This document shows, in pieces, positions 47,665 through 57,307 of a stretch of DNA of 64,000 bases (the stretch's first letter is position 1; the number at the start of each line of letters is the position of its first letter). The notes beneath the pieces were generated by a model. That model saw only the letters and a program-made list of their open reading frames with translations, had not been told where the DNA came from and searched no databases. The DNA is from Mageeibacillus sp. (GTDB lineage Bacteria; Bacillota; Clostridia; Saccharofermentanales; Saccharofermentanaceae). Both the position numbers and the translations under genes were made by a program. The stretch is taken from NCBI GenBank assembly GCA_022484595.1, contig JAKVLB010000002.1:73635-137634 (forward strand), in the 5' to 3' direction.

Positions 47665-48609
47665 TTGCAATTTAGAGAACTACTTAATGCTCTTCGACCG
47701 AATAAACAGATGGTCATAAAGGCATCAAGCCTTATGGCTGTCGTTATACTTTGCGGCTTAGCCGGATTTGCAGTTCGTCAGACACTTAAGATAAGTCCGT
47801 TCAGCAACAGCGTTGTGGCATACGCCGGGACTTCACAGACAACGGAAGTTACAACAGCACAGAGTTCAGCTGAGAGCACAGTGCAAAGTTCCGAAGAACA
47901 GAGCAGTATAGAATCGTCTGCAATCACTTCATCGGCCGCTGCCGGGACATCGGTGTCACAGAGCGTTACCGAATCTACTGCTGTGACAGAGACAACCATA
48001 TCGGAAGAAGAGAAGTATCTTACGGTCTATGCCTCTTCATCTCTCAACGTCAGATCCGGTCCGGGAACCGAGTATGACGTGGTAAAGTCACTGAACCCCG
48101 GCGATGAGATTGATGTCATAGCAGTAACTTCAAACGGCTGGTATAAGACGTATAACGGGAACTACGTCAGTGCGGAACATACGACAGATGTCGCACCGAC
48201 AGACACACCCGCACCGACACCGACGCCAAAACCGACATCTGCATCCACTGCAAGAAGCACTTCCGCAACGACTGTCGCGACATCATCAGCAACATCAGCA
48301 ACAGCAACAGGTTCAAACGGCACGAGCTGCAGAATCACCTTCTACGGACCTCAGGATGTGGACAGTGACGGTGTATCGAGCCTTACAACCGCTACAGGAA
48401 GCACATGTACCCAGGGAAGAACAGTCGCTGCAGACTGGTCAATATTCCCCGCAGGAACCACCATTTACATTGCGAATGATCCGCTTGGAGGCGACGGTTA
48501 TTACACTGTCGAAGACAAGGGCAGCGGCGTAAAGGGTTACACAATAGATATTTATGTGGACGATCCGTCCTCCTACAGGAGCTGTACGAGGTCTGTTACC
48601 ACAGGTTAG
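47665..48609 (+). CDS. Cell-wall protein with SH3 and 3D (DPBB) domains
   Basis: TM/signal, Ser/Thr linker, SH3b (LNVRSGPGT...GWYK), then RITFY..TA.G....GRTVAADWSIFP.GT...VEDKG...IDIYV. TTG start follows a GGAGG SD. Confidence 0.85.
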   Translation: MQFRELLNALRPNKQMVIKASSLMAVVILCGLAGFAVRQTLKISPFSNSVVAYAGTSQTTEVTTAQSSAESTVQSSEEQSSIESSAITSSAAAGTSVSQSVTESTAVTETTISEEEKYLTVYASSSLNVRSGPGTEYDVVKSLNPGDEIDVIAVTSNGWYKTYNGNYVSAEHTTDVAPTDTPAPTPTPKPTSASTARSTSATTVATSSATSATATGSNGTSCRITFYGPQDVDSDGVSSLTTATGSTCTQGRTVAADWSIFPAGTTIYIANDPLGGDGYYTVEDKGSGVKGYTIDIYVDDPSSYRSCTRSVTTG

Positions 48610-48621
48610 TGAGATAAAAAT

Positions 48622-50676
48622 ATGCAACAGGAAAATCAGAACAATCAGAACAATCAGAACAGACGAAGCAGTCAAAGCAATCAGAGAGCAGGACAGTACC
48701 AGAAGCGCCGCACCGGCCAGAATACTAATCCGGACAAAGACAAGGGCAGGAACAGGAGTGTTGGTTCAAGCCAGAGTCTCTCCCGCAGAGGCAGACCGCA
48801 ATCACGGGGAACAGACAGTTCCGGCAGCGGATCATCATCTGATTTCGGCAGGGCTTCAGGTCATCTTCAGGTAAGAAATCAAGGAATGAATATCGCTCCT
48901 GCCGGAAACGCCGGGACAGTCAGGGAAACCGGCAGACGCCCGCAGCACGGCCGCGCAAACGGTGCTTCACGTACAAAGGATCTTAAAATCATTCCGCTCG
49001 GCGGACTGTCAGAAATAGGCAAGAATATGACAGCTTTCGAGTACGGCAATGATATGATAATCGTTGATGTGGGAATGAGCTTTCCAGAAGAGAACATGCC
49101 GGGAATCGACTGTGTCATACCGGATTTCACATATGTCAGGGACAACATCTCCAAGCTTCGCGGAATTGTTCTTACACACGGTCATGAAGACCACATAGGT
49201 TCTCTTCCCTTCTTTCTCCGCGAGTTCAAATGTCCTATCTACAGCGGGACACTGACAATCGAGCTGGTACGCCACAAGCTTGAAGAAGAGCGCGTAGGTC
49301 TCGAAGGAATTCGTCTTGAGAAGTGCAAGAACGGAGACAAGATAAAGCTCGGCAACAGTTTCGAGGTTGAATTCATAAGGGTTAACCACAGTATTGCGGA
49401 CTCTTATGCAATTGCACTCAGAACACCCGTGGGAGTTATTGTTCATTCAGGAGATTTTAAGATTGACTTCACACCGATTAACGGAAAGACAATCAATCTG
49501 CAGAGATTCGGTGAACTCGGGCTTGAAGGCGTGCTCATGTTCATGTGTGAAAGTACAAACGTTGAGATAGACGGCTTTTCGCCATCGGAGAAGCAGGTTG
49601 GCGAATCCTTCAAGCAGCTCTTCCGCAAAGCACAGGGGCGAATAATAGTCGCGACCTTCTCCTCTCACATTCACAGAATGCAGCAGATTATCTCGGCGGC
49701 AGAGCAATACGGACGGCACGTCTGCCTGTCCGGCAGGAGCATGGTATCGGTGTTTGCAATCGCAAATTCACTCGGATATATCGATATGAAGCCGGAAACG
49801 CTTATTGACCTTGATTCAATAGACAATTACGATGATGACAAGATAGTAATCCTTACCACCGGAAGCCAGGCGGAGCCGATGAGCGCACTTACAAGAATGG
49901 CTTTTGATTCACACCGTTCGGTAGATATCAAGAAGGGCGATACTATTATTATCTCGGCAAATCCTATTCCGGGAAACGAGAAGCCCATATATCGCGTAAT
50001 CAACGAACTTTATAAGAAAGGCGCGCACGTGATTTATCAGTCTCTCGCACATGTTCATGTGTCTGGCCACGCCTACAGGAACGAGCTCATGATGCTGCAC
50101 ACGCTTCTCAAGCCGAAGTTTTTCATTCCGGTTCACGGCGAGTACAGGATGCTGTGCATACATAAAGAAATCGCAATGAGTCTCGGAATGCCGGAAGACA
50201 ATATTTTCATACTCGGAAACGGCGACGTTCTGTCGCTTAACGCGGACAGCGCGCGCATCACGGATCATGTACCGGCCAGTGCGGTTCTTGTCGACGGTTC
50301 CGGAACAATGGGAGCAGAAGATCAGGTTCTTAATGACCGTATACACCTGAGCGAAGACGGATGCATCAGTGTGGGGCTCACCATAAGCGACGACACCGGA
50401 GAACTCTGCTGCGAGCCTTCCGTGAACTCCATCGGATGCTTCGACGGCGACGAGAATATCAGAGTTATACACAGCGCCATAGCGAGAAAGTGCGCCGCAA
50501 TAATCGCTTCAAACGCGTCAAAACAGAGCAGTCTTAACGCATTTGTCGAGAAGCGTGCATTCAGGGAACAGGTTAAGAATTTCGTCTCTTCCAAGACAGG
50601 AAGGCGGCCGATGATAATATGCAATGTGAGCCATATCAGCTCACGCGGCGACAATAATTACTACGGGGATACCTGA
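48622..50676 (+). CDS. rnj: Ribonuclease J with ~120-aa disordered N-terminal extension
   Basis: LKIIPLGGLSEIGKNM, THGHEDHIG, HSGDFK, ESTN, HVSGHA and PVHGEYR. Confidence 0.96.
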   Translation: MQQENQNNQNNQNRRSSQSNQRAGQYQKRRTGQNTNPDKDKGRNRSVGSSQSLSRRGRPQSRGTDSSGSGSSSDFGRASGHLQVRNQGMNIAPAGNAGTVRETGRRPQHGRANGASRTKDLKIIPLGGLSEIGKNMTAFEYGNDMIIVDVGMSFPEENMPGIDCVIPDFTYVRDNISKLRGIVLTHGHEDHIGSLPFFLREFKCPIYSGTLTIELVRHKLEEERVGLEGIRLEKCKNGDKIKLGNSFEVEFIRVNHSIADSYAIALRTPVGVIVHSGDFKIDFTPINGKTINLQRFGELGLEGVLMFMCESTNVEIDGFSPSEKQVGESFKQLFRKAQGRIIVATFSSHIHRMQQIISAAEQYGRHVCLSGRSMVSVFAIANSLGYIDMKPETLIDLDSIDNYDDDKIVILTTGSQAEPMSALTRMAFDSHRSVDIKKGDTIIISANPIPGNEKPIYRVINELYKKGAHVIYQSLAHVHVSGHAYRNELMMLHTLLKPKFFIPVHGEYRMLCIHKEIAMSLGMPEDNIFILGNGDVLSLNADSARITDHVPASAVLVDGSGTMGAEDQVLNDRIHLSEDGCISVGLTISDDTGELCCEPSVNSIGCFDGDENIRVIHSAIARKCAAIIASNASKQSSLNAFVEKRAFREQVKNFVSSKTGRRPMIICNVSHISSRGDNNYYGDT

Positions 50677-50699
50677 TTTATCCGCAGCTGACAGACAGC

Positions 50700-50729
50700 G
50701 AAAAAAGCAGCTTCACAGGCTGCTTTTTT
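50700..50729. terminator. Bidirectional intrinsic terminator (rnj / relA)
   Basis: AAAAAAGCAGC-TTCACAG-GCTGCTTTTTT. Confidence 0.9.
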
Positions 50730-50765
50730 GTTGCTTGTTTATTTCAGGAAACGGCCGCTCTTGTC

Positions 50766-53345
50766 TCAGCTGCGATATACCGATATGACACTCGGAACAG
50801 TCGGAAGCTTGGCCATAATACGATCAAGCTGGCCTTTGTCGGCGACTGTTATTGTAAGCTCAATTCTGAATACTGAATTGCACCTGTAGGACTTTATTCC
50901 GCCGATGATAATCTTCTCTTCGTTGACTTTGTCGCAGATATCGCTTATGAGATTAACACGGTTCTCGGACTCTATCACAACCTTGACATCATAGTTTGTC
51001 ATGCGCAGTTTATCGCCCCAGTGCGCCGGCTTAAGCCTTGCATAACGCTGATGATATCTTAACGACTTGTCTTTGTTGCTGATAATGCTGACAATATTGC
51101 TGCAGGTTACCTTGTGTATACCTATTCCGTTTTCCTGCGTGACATAACCTATAATGTCGTCGCCGTAAACCGGGTGGCAGCAATTGGCAATATGCATTGC
51201 AATCGAGTCCAGTCCGTCAACTTCTATTTCTTCTCCTACGCGGGATTTGCCCGGACGCTTCGCGCCGTCCTTCCTGCCTGCCGCAGCTGCTGACATAGGT
51301 TCAGCCGCCGGTCTCAGGGCGTTTACAGCCTGATGCGGGTCCGCGCTGAGAACACCTATAGCAGACGGTCCTAAAACAACTGCGCCCTTATCGGCATCAG
51401 CGGAGACTTTCCCCGTGCCGGTCTTCATCTTCGAGTGCGACTGATCGAACTTACCTATCTGTATAGGAACATCCTTGGGGGAATACGCGACATTGCCGTC
51501 TGAAGTTATGCGGTAGCCCAGCGCCTGCCTTTCTTCTTCTGTGCAGTTTCTTATGTAATCATCCCTGAGTCTTCCGAACACCTTGACAACACTGACGCTT
51601 CCGTAACCGATTCCCGCATACATATCGTCCAAGGTCTGGAAATTGTTGCGTCTCAGAATATTGTTCACAGATTTCTCTGTAATGAGTCTTGACACTTCAA
51701 AACCGTTGCGCTCAATCTCACGCGATAAATCTCGCTTTCCGGCCGCAATGTTGTCAGACTTGGCTTCACGCTTGAACCATGCGTTAATTTTCGATCGCGC
51801 ATTAGGCGTAAAAGCTATCTTTATCCAGTCTCTTGACGGGCCTTTGACGAGCTTCTCGGAACTCATTATCTGAACCATATCACCGGTCTGAAGTACATAT
51901 GTCAGCGGAACAATTCTTCCGTTCACCTTCGCTCCGTGCATATGGTGACCGAGATTGCTGTGAATCGAATATGCGAAATCAATCGGGCACGAACCGCGCG
52001 GAAGAATGATAAGCTCATGCTTCGGGGTATATACAAAAACCTCTTCAGGCTCGATTGACTGCTTGACGGCATCAAGGAAACTCTTGGAATCCGATAATTC
52101 GTTCTGAGCCTCGGCAATCTGGCGCATCTCATTCATCTTCTTGTCGTACTTGTCGGCATTGAAGCCCACGGAAGCACCGGACTCCTTGTAATGCCAGTGC
52201 GCGGCAATACCATACTCGGCGACCTGATTCATAACATAGGTTCTTATCTGCACTTCAAAGGAAGGTCCGTTGTGGCTCAGAACAGTCGTATGAATTGACT
52301 GATATTTGTTCTCCTTCGGCATCGCGATATAATCCTTGAAACGCCCCGGAATAGGGTTATACATCTCATGAATTATTCCGAGCGCCATATAGCACTGACC
52401 GAGGGTATCAACAATGATACGGCAGGCGTAAAGGTCGTATATCTCGTCTATGGTCTTGCCCTTGTCATGCATCTTCTTGTATATACTGTAGAAGTGCTTC
52501 GGACGGCCTTCAATCTCGAAATGGGTGATTCCGTTCTCTTCAAGCTTCGCGCGTATCTCTGATACCACCTGTTCCATAAAATCTTCACGCTGCTTGTGAT
52601 TGCCGTTTACTATATCTTTTAGATAATCATAATCTTCCGGGTGAAGATACTTGAGACACAAGTCCTCGAGCTCCCACTTGATTTTATAGATACCGAAACG
52701 TCCAGCGAACGGAACATATATATCAAGAGTCTCCTGGGCCTTCTCTATCTGCTTCTCTTTTGTCTGATAACCCAGCGTTCGCATATTGTGAAGACGGTCA
52801 GCAAGCTTTACAACGATTACCCTGTAATCATCTATCATGGCAATGAGCATCTTGCGCACATTTGAGGCCTGAATATCGTCCTTGGTTCCGTAAACGGCGC
52901 CGTCAAGACTGATATTGAGCTTTGTAACGCCATCAACAAGCTTTGCGATTGCCGTTCCGAACATAGTCTCAAGCATCTCGTAATCGACAAGCGTGTCTTC
53001 TATTGTATCGTGAAGCAGGGCCGCAGCAAGCGTATCGGCATCACTCTTAAGATCGACAAGTATTCTGGTTACCGCAAGGGGATGAATGATGTATGGTTCT
53101 CCGGTCTTGCGCTTCTGCCCGGCATGAGCCTTGTATGCCAGATAAAAGGCCTTGCGAAGCATATCCAGCGACTGCTGAAGGTCATCGGAAGATAGAGTGC
53201 TGTAGCTCTCAAACTCGTTCAGAATTTCTTCAAACTGCGCGAGATGAATCTCGTCAATTTCCGGAATCTGCGCGGTATCCAGATAGTATTCGCGTTTCTT
53301 TATCTCCTCTTCGGAAAACACGCTTTTCTCTTCAATCTTGCCCAT
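50766..53345 (-). CDS. relA: Bifunctional (p)ppGpp synthetase/hydrolase Rel
   Basis: HD domain (GEPYIIHP, ALLHDTIED), synthetase (GRPKH.YSIY.KM, FKDYI..PK.N.YQS.HT, EVQIRT), TGS, ZFD (CCHP..GD.I.G) and ACT domains. Confidence 0.97.
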   Translation of the reverse strand: MGKIEEKSVFSEEEIKKREYYLDTAQIPEIDEIHLAQFEEILNEFESYSTLSSDDLQQSLDMLRKAFYLAYKAHAGQKRKTGEPYIIHPLAVTRILVDLKSDADTLAAALLHDTIEDTLVDYEMLETMFGTAIAKLVDGVTKLNISLDGAVYGTKDDIQASNVRKMLIAMIDDYRVIVVKLADRLHNMRTLGYQTKEKQIEKAQETLDIYVPFAGRFGIYKIKWELEDLCLKYLHPEDYDYLKDIVNGNHKQREDFMEQVVSEIRAKLEENGITHFEIEGRPKHFYSIYKKMHDKGKTIDEIYDLYACRIIVDTLGQCYMALGIIHEMYNPIPGRFKDYIAMPKENKYQSIHTTVLSHNGPSFEVQIRTYVMNQVAEYGIAAHWHYKESGASVGFNADKYDKKMNEMRQIAEAQNELSDSKSFLDAVKQSIEPEEVFVYTPKHELIILPRGSCPIDFAYSIHSNLGHHMHGAKVNGRIVPLTYVLQTGDMVQIMSSEKLVKGPSRDWIKIAFTPNARSKINAWFKREAKSDNIAAGKRDLSREIERNGFEVSRLITEKSVNNILRRNNFQTLDDMYAGIGYGSVSVVKVFGRLRDDYIRNCTEEERQALGYRITSDGNVAYSPKDVPIQIGKFDQSHSKMKTGTGKVSADADKGAVVLGPSAIGVLSADPHQAVNALRPAAEPMSAAAAGRKDGAKRPGKSRVGEEIEVDGLDSIAMHIANCCHPVYGDDIIGYVTQENGIGIHKVTCSNIVSIISNKDKSLRYHQRYARLKPAHWGDKLRMTNYDVKVVIESENRVNLISDICDKVNEEKIIIGGIKSYRCNSVFRIELTITVADKGQLDRIMAKLPTVPSVISVYRS

Positions 53346-55473
53346 TCATTATCCTCTTGTAGACCTCAGAATCAGTTAGCTTCACCCTGACGTCACTCTG
53401 AATCAGCGAAAAGCACAGCCTCAAAGGCGCAATACTACCAAGCTTTATCAGGCCGCAGTCAGCAAAAACTTCAAAACAGCGCTTGACCTGGAATGGAGTA
53501 ATTTTAACACCTGTACTCACATTTACAAGTTTGGCGAACAGGTCGCTGTCTACGGTCGACATACAGCCCTTCCCGAACTTCTCGATCGTTCTGTAGCAGG
53601 CGCCGAACTGTTCCGGTGTCGGAATCATCTGCGATATCGCATCCTCGCCCTGCGCCATCTTGGCAATCTGCTTCATACCCAGTCCGCTAGAAAACAGTTT
53701 CTCCGCAATAACCGCCTTGTTCCAGATAAAGCTGTCGTCAAAATGCGGCTTTATGTCGCAAAGATGAAGACTGAGCGTTGAATCACCCCTGAAACAGTAT
53801 TCATTCATCGTATATGCGATATCCACCTTGTCTCCGGCCTTGAGAAGATTTATGTATTCGCCAATGCCGAAGCCTACTGCCGAGACGCTTCCGTTCTGGC
53901 AGTCGTCTACAAGCTCAATCCTTATGTGCGCGCCCTCGCTCATCGGATATATCCCGCTGATGATAAGATTCCTCGTTACAAATACCGGCTTCGCGTTGCC
54001 TATTCCAAACGGTCTGAGCTTGCAGACAGTGTCAAACGTATCAAAATTTACAGCTTCGAACGGAATCTCTCCGTCAATCTCAATATCATCCTTCGCCATC
54101 AGACTGTCAGGATTCTCATCAAGCTGTCTTCTGGACTCTGCTTCAAGCGCCTCCATGAAATTGCCCATCTCAGACTTGCGCACCATCATTCCCGCAGCCT
54201 TCTTGTGACCTCCGAAATTAGTCAGCGAATCAGATATCGCGGTCAGCGTTCCGAACAGATCGAAGTCTCCGCATGACCGCCCCGAGCCCTTGACGCAGTC
54301 CTTCTCTATCGCATCGTCCGTAAATACAATTGCGGAACGGTTGTAGTACTGCGTCAGCTTCCCCGCGACAATCCCAAGAACACCCTGATGCCAGTTCCTG
54401 CCGTATACGACTATCGGCCCGCAGGTATGAGTCAGACTCCATTTCTCCGGTCTTCCGGGATTCTCTATCTGAGTTTTGGCCTCCTCGAAAACTTTCGCTT
54501 CAATCTCTTTGCGTTCTTCATTCTCACGTGTCAGATCCTGTGCGGCATTTCTTGCCTCATTAGGATTGTTCTCAAGGAACAGCTTAAGCGCGTCAGACGA
54601 ATCATAAAGTCTTCCCGCGGCATTAATTCTCGGAACAAAATTGAATGATATAAAAGATTCATCAAGGGTCTTGCCCTTGGAAAGAAGCATCTCGTTCATC
54701 ACTTTGACTCCGACGTTGGCCGGATTTACCATGCTCTTGAACGCCTGCTTAATTATTGTTCTGTTCTCATCCGTCACGGAGACGAGGTCTGCAATCGTTG
54801 CAAGTCCTGCAAGCTCAATCGCCTGCCTCCATATGGAGCTCGTCACCTTATGCCGCCCGTCCTTGCCGAGAGCTTCAATAATCTTAAGTGCAACTCCGGC
54901 ACCGCACAGATCCATAAACGGATAAGTGTTGTCCTTGCGCTTCGAGCAGATTATGCAGTCCGCGTTCGGCAGTTCGTCCTTGACGTTATGATGGTCTGAG
55001 ACGATAACCTTGATATCGCGCGCCTTGAGTTCCCCGATGGTATCCAGATTTGTAATTCCGCAGTCAACAGTTATTACAAGACTTGGATTAAGGGCGATGA
55101 CATGACTCATAATCTTCTCAGTCAGACCGTAGCCATGCTCGGCACGGTGAGGGACAATATAACTCACATCTGCATTGTGGGATCTGAAATACCTCACAAG
55201 TATGGCCGTGGCAGTAACGCCGTCGCAGTCATAGTCTCCATAGACCAGGATTTTGCCGCCGCTGTCCATAGTATTGCTGATAATGTCAACAGCCGTATGC
55301 ATATCGTTATACAGGAACGGATCATGCCATGCTCCGCTGTCTGCGGACAAAAACATATCCCTGTCTTCTTTGGCAGCAATACCACGGTTGTTCAATAATA
55401 TATTAAGCGCAGAACCGGCATCAGTAATCTGTTCAGATGCCTTCATGCGCCAGTTCTTACCTGTCAGCAGCAT
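53332..55473 (-). CDS. recJ: Single-stranded-DNA-specific exonuclease RecJ
   Basis: GDYDCDG, VDCG, SDHH, LAGLATIAD, PRINAAGRL, GSGRS, GGHKKAAG and PFGIGN.KP. Confidence 0.97.
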   Translation of the reverse strand: MLLTGKNWRMKASEQITDAGSALNILLNNRGIAAKEDRDMFLSADSGAWHDPFLYNDMHTAVDIISNTMDSGGKILVYGDYDCDGVTATAILVRYFRSHNADVSYIVPHRAEHGYGLTEKIMSHVIALNPSLVITVDCGITNLDTIGELKARDIKVIVSDHHNVKDELPNADCIICSKRKDNTYPFMDLCGAGVALKIIEALGKDGRHKVTSSIWRQAIELAGLATIADLVSVTDENRTIIKQAFKSMVNPANVGVKVMNEMLLSKGKTLDESFISFNFVPRINAAGRLYDSSDALKLFLENNPNEARNAAQDLTRENEERKEIEAKVFEEAKTQIENPGRPEKWSLTHTCGPIVVYGRNWHQGVLGIVAGKLTQYYNRSAIVFTDDAIEKDCVKGSGRSCGDFDLFGTLTAISDSLTNFGGHKKAAGMMVRKSEMGNFMEALEAESRRQLDENPDSLMAKDDIEIDGEIPFEAVNFDTFDTVCKLRPFGIGNAKPVFVTRNLIISGIYPMSEGAHIRIELVDDCQNGSVSAVGFGIGEYINLLKAGDKVDIAYTMNEYCFRGDSTLSLHLCDIKPHFDDSFIWNKAVIAEKLFSSGLGMKQIAKMAQGEDAISQMIPTPEQFGACYRTIEKFGKGCMSTVDSDLFAKLVNVSTGVKITPFQVKRCFEVFADCGLIKLGSIAPLRLCFSLIQSDVRVKLTDSEVYKRIMNGQD

Positions 55474-55560
55474 ATCAATAACTCAACTTCACATTTTTGT
55501 TCTTATTCTAACAAAAAAAATCCCCAATAGAACATATTGCGATAAATCTCAAAAATAAAT

Positions 55561-55587
55561 AACCGGTACCCTTGACGGATACCGGTT
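55561..55587 (-). terminator. Hairpin downstream of rpsU (probable terminator)
   Basis: AACCGGTA...TACCGGTT inverted repeat followed by a T-rich run on the minus strand. Confidence 0.6.
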
Positions 55588-55622
55588 ACAAAATTACTTA
55601 TAAAAGTATGTCGAACCCGGAA

Positions 55623-55796
55623 TCAATGCTTTCTCTTCCTGGCTGCTTCCGACTTCTTCTTACGACGTACGGAAGGCTTCTCATAGTGTTCTCTCTTACG
55701 AACCTCCGCAAGTACACCTGACTTAGCGCAAGAACGCTTAAATCTACGAAGAGCACTGTCAAGGGACTCATTATCCTTAACTCTGATCTCAGACAT
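55623..55796 (-). CDS. rpsU: 30S ribosomal protein S21
   Basis: [21 protein letters not shown]...[19 protein letters not shown]. Confidence 0.97.
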   Translation of the reverse strand: MSEIRVKDNESLDSALRRFKRSCAKSGVLAEVRKREHYEKPSVRRKKKSEAARKRKH

Positions 55797-55892
55797 CTTT
55801 ATCATCCCTCCCCTCATCGTAGAATTCGTTTAAAACCTGCTCATTATATCCGATGAAATGCGTTAAGTCAAATACAAACGCATGAATCAGAA

Positions 55893-56435
55893 TCAATACT
55901 CGGGTTCAAGCAGACCGTAGCCGCCGTCATTCCTCTTGTAAACGACACAAACAGAGTTGACGTCGCTGTCCATATAGACGAAGAAATCGTGACCGAGCAT
56001 CTCAAGCTGAAGGATTGCATCCTCACTTGTCATTGGGCGAAGAGCGAATTGCTTGCGTCTGGTGATTTTATCGTCAGGCTCTTCATCAAAGTCAAAATCA
56101 GCACCGCCGTCTTCGGCAAGGAACGTCATGATTCCCGGATATTCCTTCTTCTTCCTGATGAATCTGGTCTTCTGACGTCTGATTTGAGATTCGAGCTTAT
56201 CGACCGTTCTGTCAACAGCCGTAAGAATATCTTCATCGCAGGCCTCTGCTCTGTAAATCTTTCCGTCGAGCTTCATGGTAATTTCAACTACCATTCTGTT
56301 CCCCTCCGGTCTGATTCGAACATTAAGGGAACCTTCATCTCCGAAAAATCTGTCGAACTTCGCCATCTTGTCGGAAATCTTGCTCTCGAGTCTTGTACCA
56401 ATTCTGATACCGTTGCCCTGTGTAGTGATCTTCAT
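55893..56435 (-). CDS. hpf: Ribosome hibernation promoting factor, long form (RaiA/HPF)
   Basis: RaiA N-domain (D...AVDR.VDKLE.QIRRQK) plus C-terminal LRPMT.EDAILQLE.LGHDFFVY dimerisation domain. Confidence 0.95.
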   Translation of the reverse strand: MKITTQGNGIRIGTRLESKISDKMAKFDRFFGDEGSLNVRIRPEGNRMVVEITMKLDGKIYRAEACDEDILTAVDRTVDKLESQIRRQKTRFIRKKKEYPGIMTFLAEDGGADFDFDEEPDDKITRRKQFALRPMTSEDAILQLEMLGHDFFVYMDSDVNSVCVVYKRNDGGYGLLEPEY

Positions 56436-56539
56436 AAAATCACTCCCTTCTGTGTTGAAGTATTCAAAAGGACTTACTCCTTTTCATTATTATAATCTAA
56501 GTGACAGAAAAATTTTATTAAATAATAGTTAATCTTGCG

Positions 56540-57139
56540 TTACTTGGCAGTTTGTTCTTTTTCCTTGCCTGAAGGGATTACAAAATGGAACACAACCAAA
56601 ACGGCGAGGCAGATTCCCATGTCCGCAAGAAGGAAGCTTCCGTTGTAAACCATTGCATAGATGAGCGCGCTGTTGTATCCCGCGTCCTTTGCATACTCCG
56701 CATAGAAGATAACACCTGAGAGAACCGAACCGATCCATCGTACAAAATATGCCGCAACTGTGAATAACACCGGTTTGATTATGCCGGCACGGCGAAAACG
56801 AATCAGCGGATTTGCAATCTTTTCGCGGTCTCCTGCGCGCAGGCTTGCGAAGCCGAGCAGACCGAGCGCCGTATATCCGACGGTGTAATCCAGGAACACC
56901 TGAAACGGTGTAAGAAGATATCCGCCTATAAGCTGAAGCAGACTCAGCAGAAACGCCACAATGAAGCCCCATACAGGGCCAAAAGCAATACCGAAGATAA
57001 TTACCGGAAGGCAGGATGCCGGAGTGACCGAGCCGCCCATCGGCATCTCGAAAAGTTTGACCTGCGACAGAATGAAGCTCAGCGCAAGACATACTCCGCC
57101 TGATGTGATCTTAAGAATTTTCTCTTTGTTACTTGACAT
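56540..57139 (-). CDS. thiT: ECF-type thiamine transporter S component ThiT
   Basis: ALSFILS.VKLF.MP.GGSVT, QV.LDY and SGVIFY.EY...YSL.YN-like motifs. Lies directly downstream of a TPP riboswitch. Confidence 0.92.
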   Translation of the reverse strand: MSSNKEKILKITSGGVCLALSFILSQVKLFEMPMGGSVTPASCLPVIIFGIAFGPVWGFIVAFLLSLLQLIGGYLLTPFQVFLDYTVGYTALGLLGFASLRAGDREKIANPLIRFRRAGIIKPVLFTVAAYFVRWIGSVLSGVIFYAEYAKDAGYNSALIYAMVYNGSFLLADMGICLAVLVVFHFVIPSGKEKEQTAK

Positions 57140-57200
57140 ATATACCTCCATACAGAATTCTGTCTGCCGGAGAATTCAAACGGAGGAAAAAACAATAAGC

Positions 57201-57286
57201 AACTATCCCTACGCCGGCATTATCCGTCAGGTTCAGCGGGTCGGCTTAAAGCCCTCTCAGCCGCTGTATGCAGCTCCCCGTATTTC
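57201..57286 (-). promoter_or_regulatory. TPP riboswitch
   Basis: GGGGAGC...GCUGAGAG...GACCC..UGAACCUGA.GGAUAAUGCCGGCGUAGGGA consensus. Confidence 0.96.
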
Positions 57287-57307
57287 TGTTTGTCGACCGT
57301 GATAATA

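Noticed and set aside
56436-56539. raiA-motif RNA upstream of hpf/raiA
   Set aside because: The ~100-nt AT-rich gap is too short and lacks the motif's structure.
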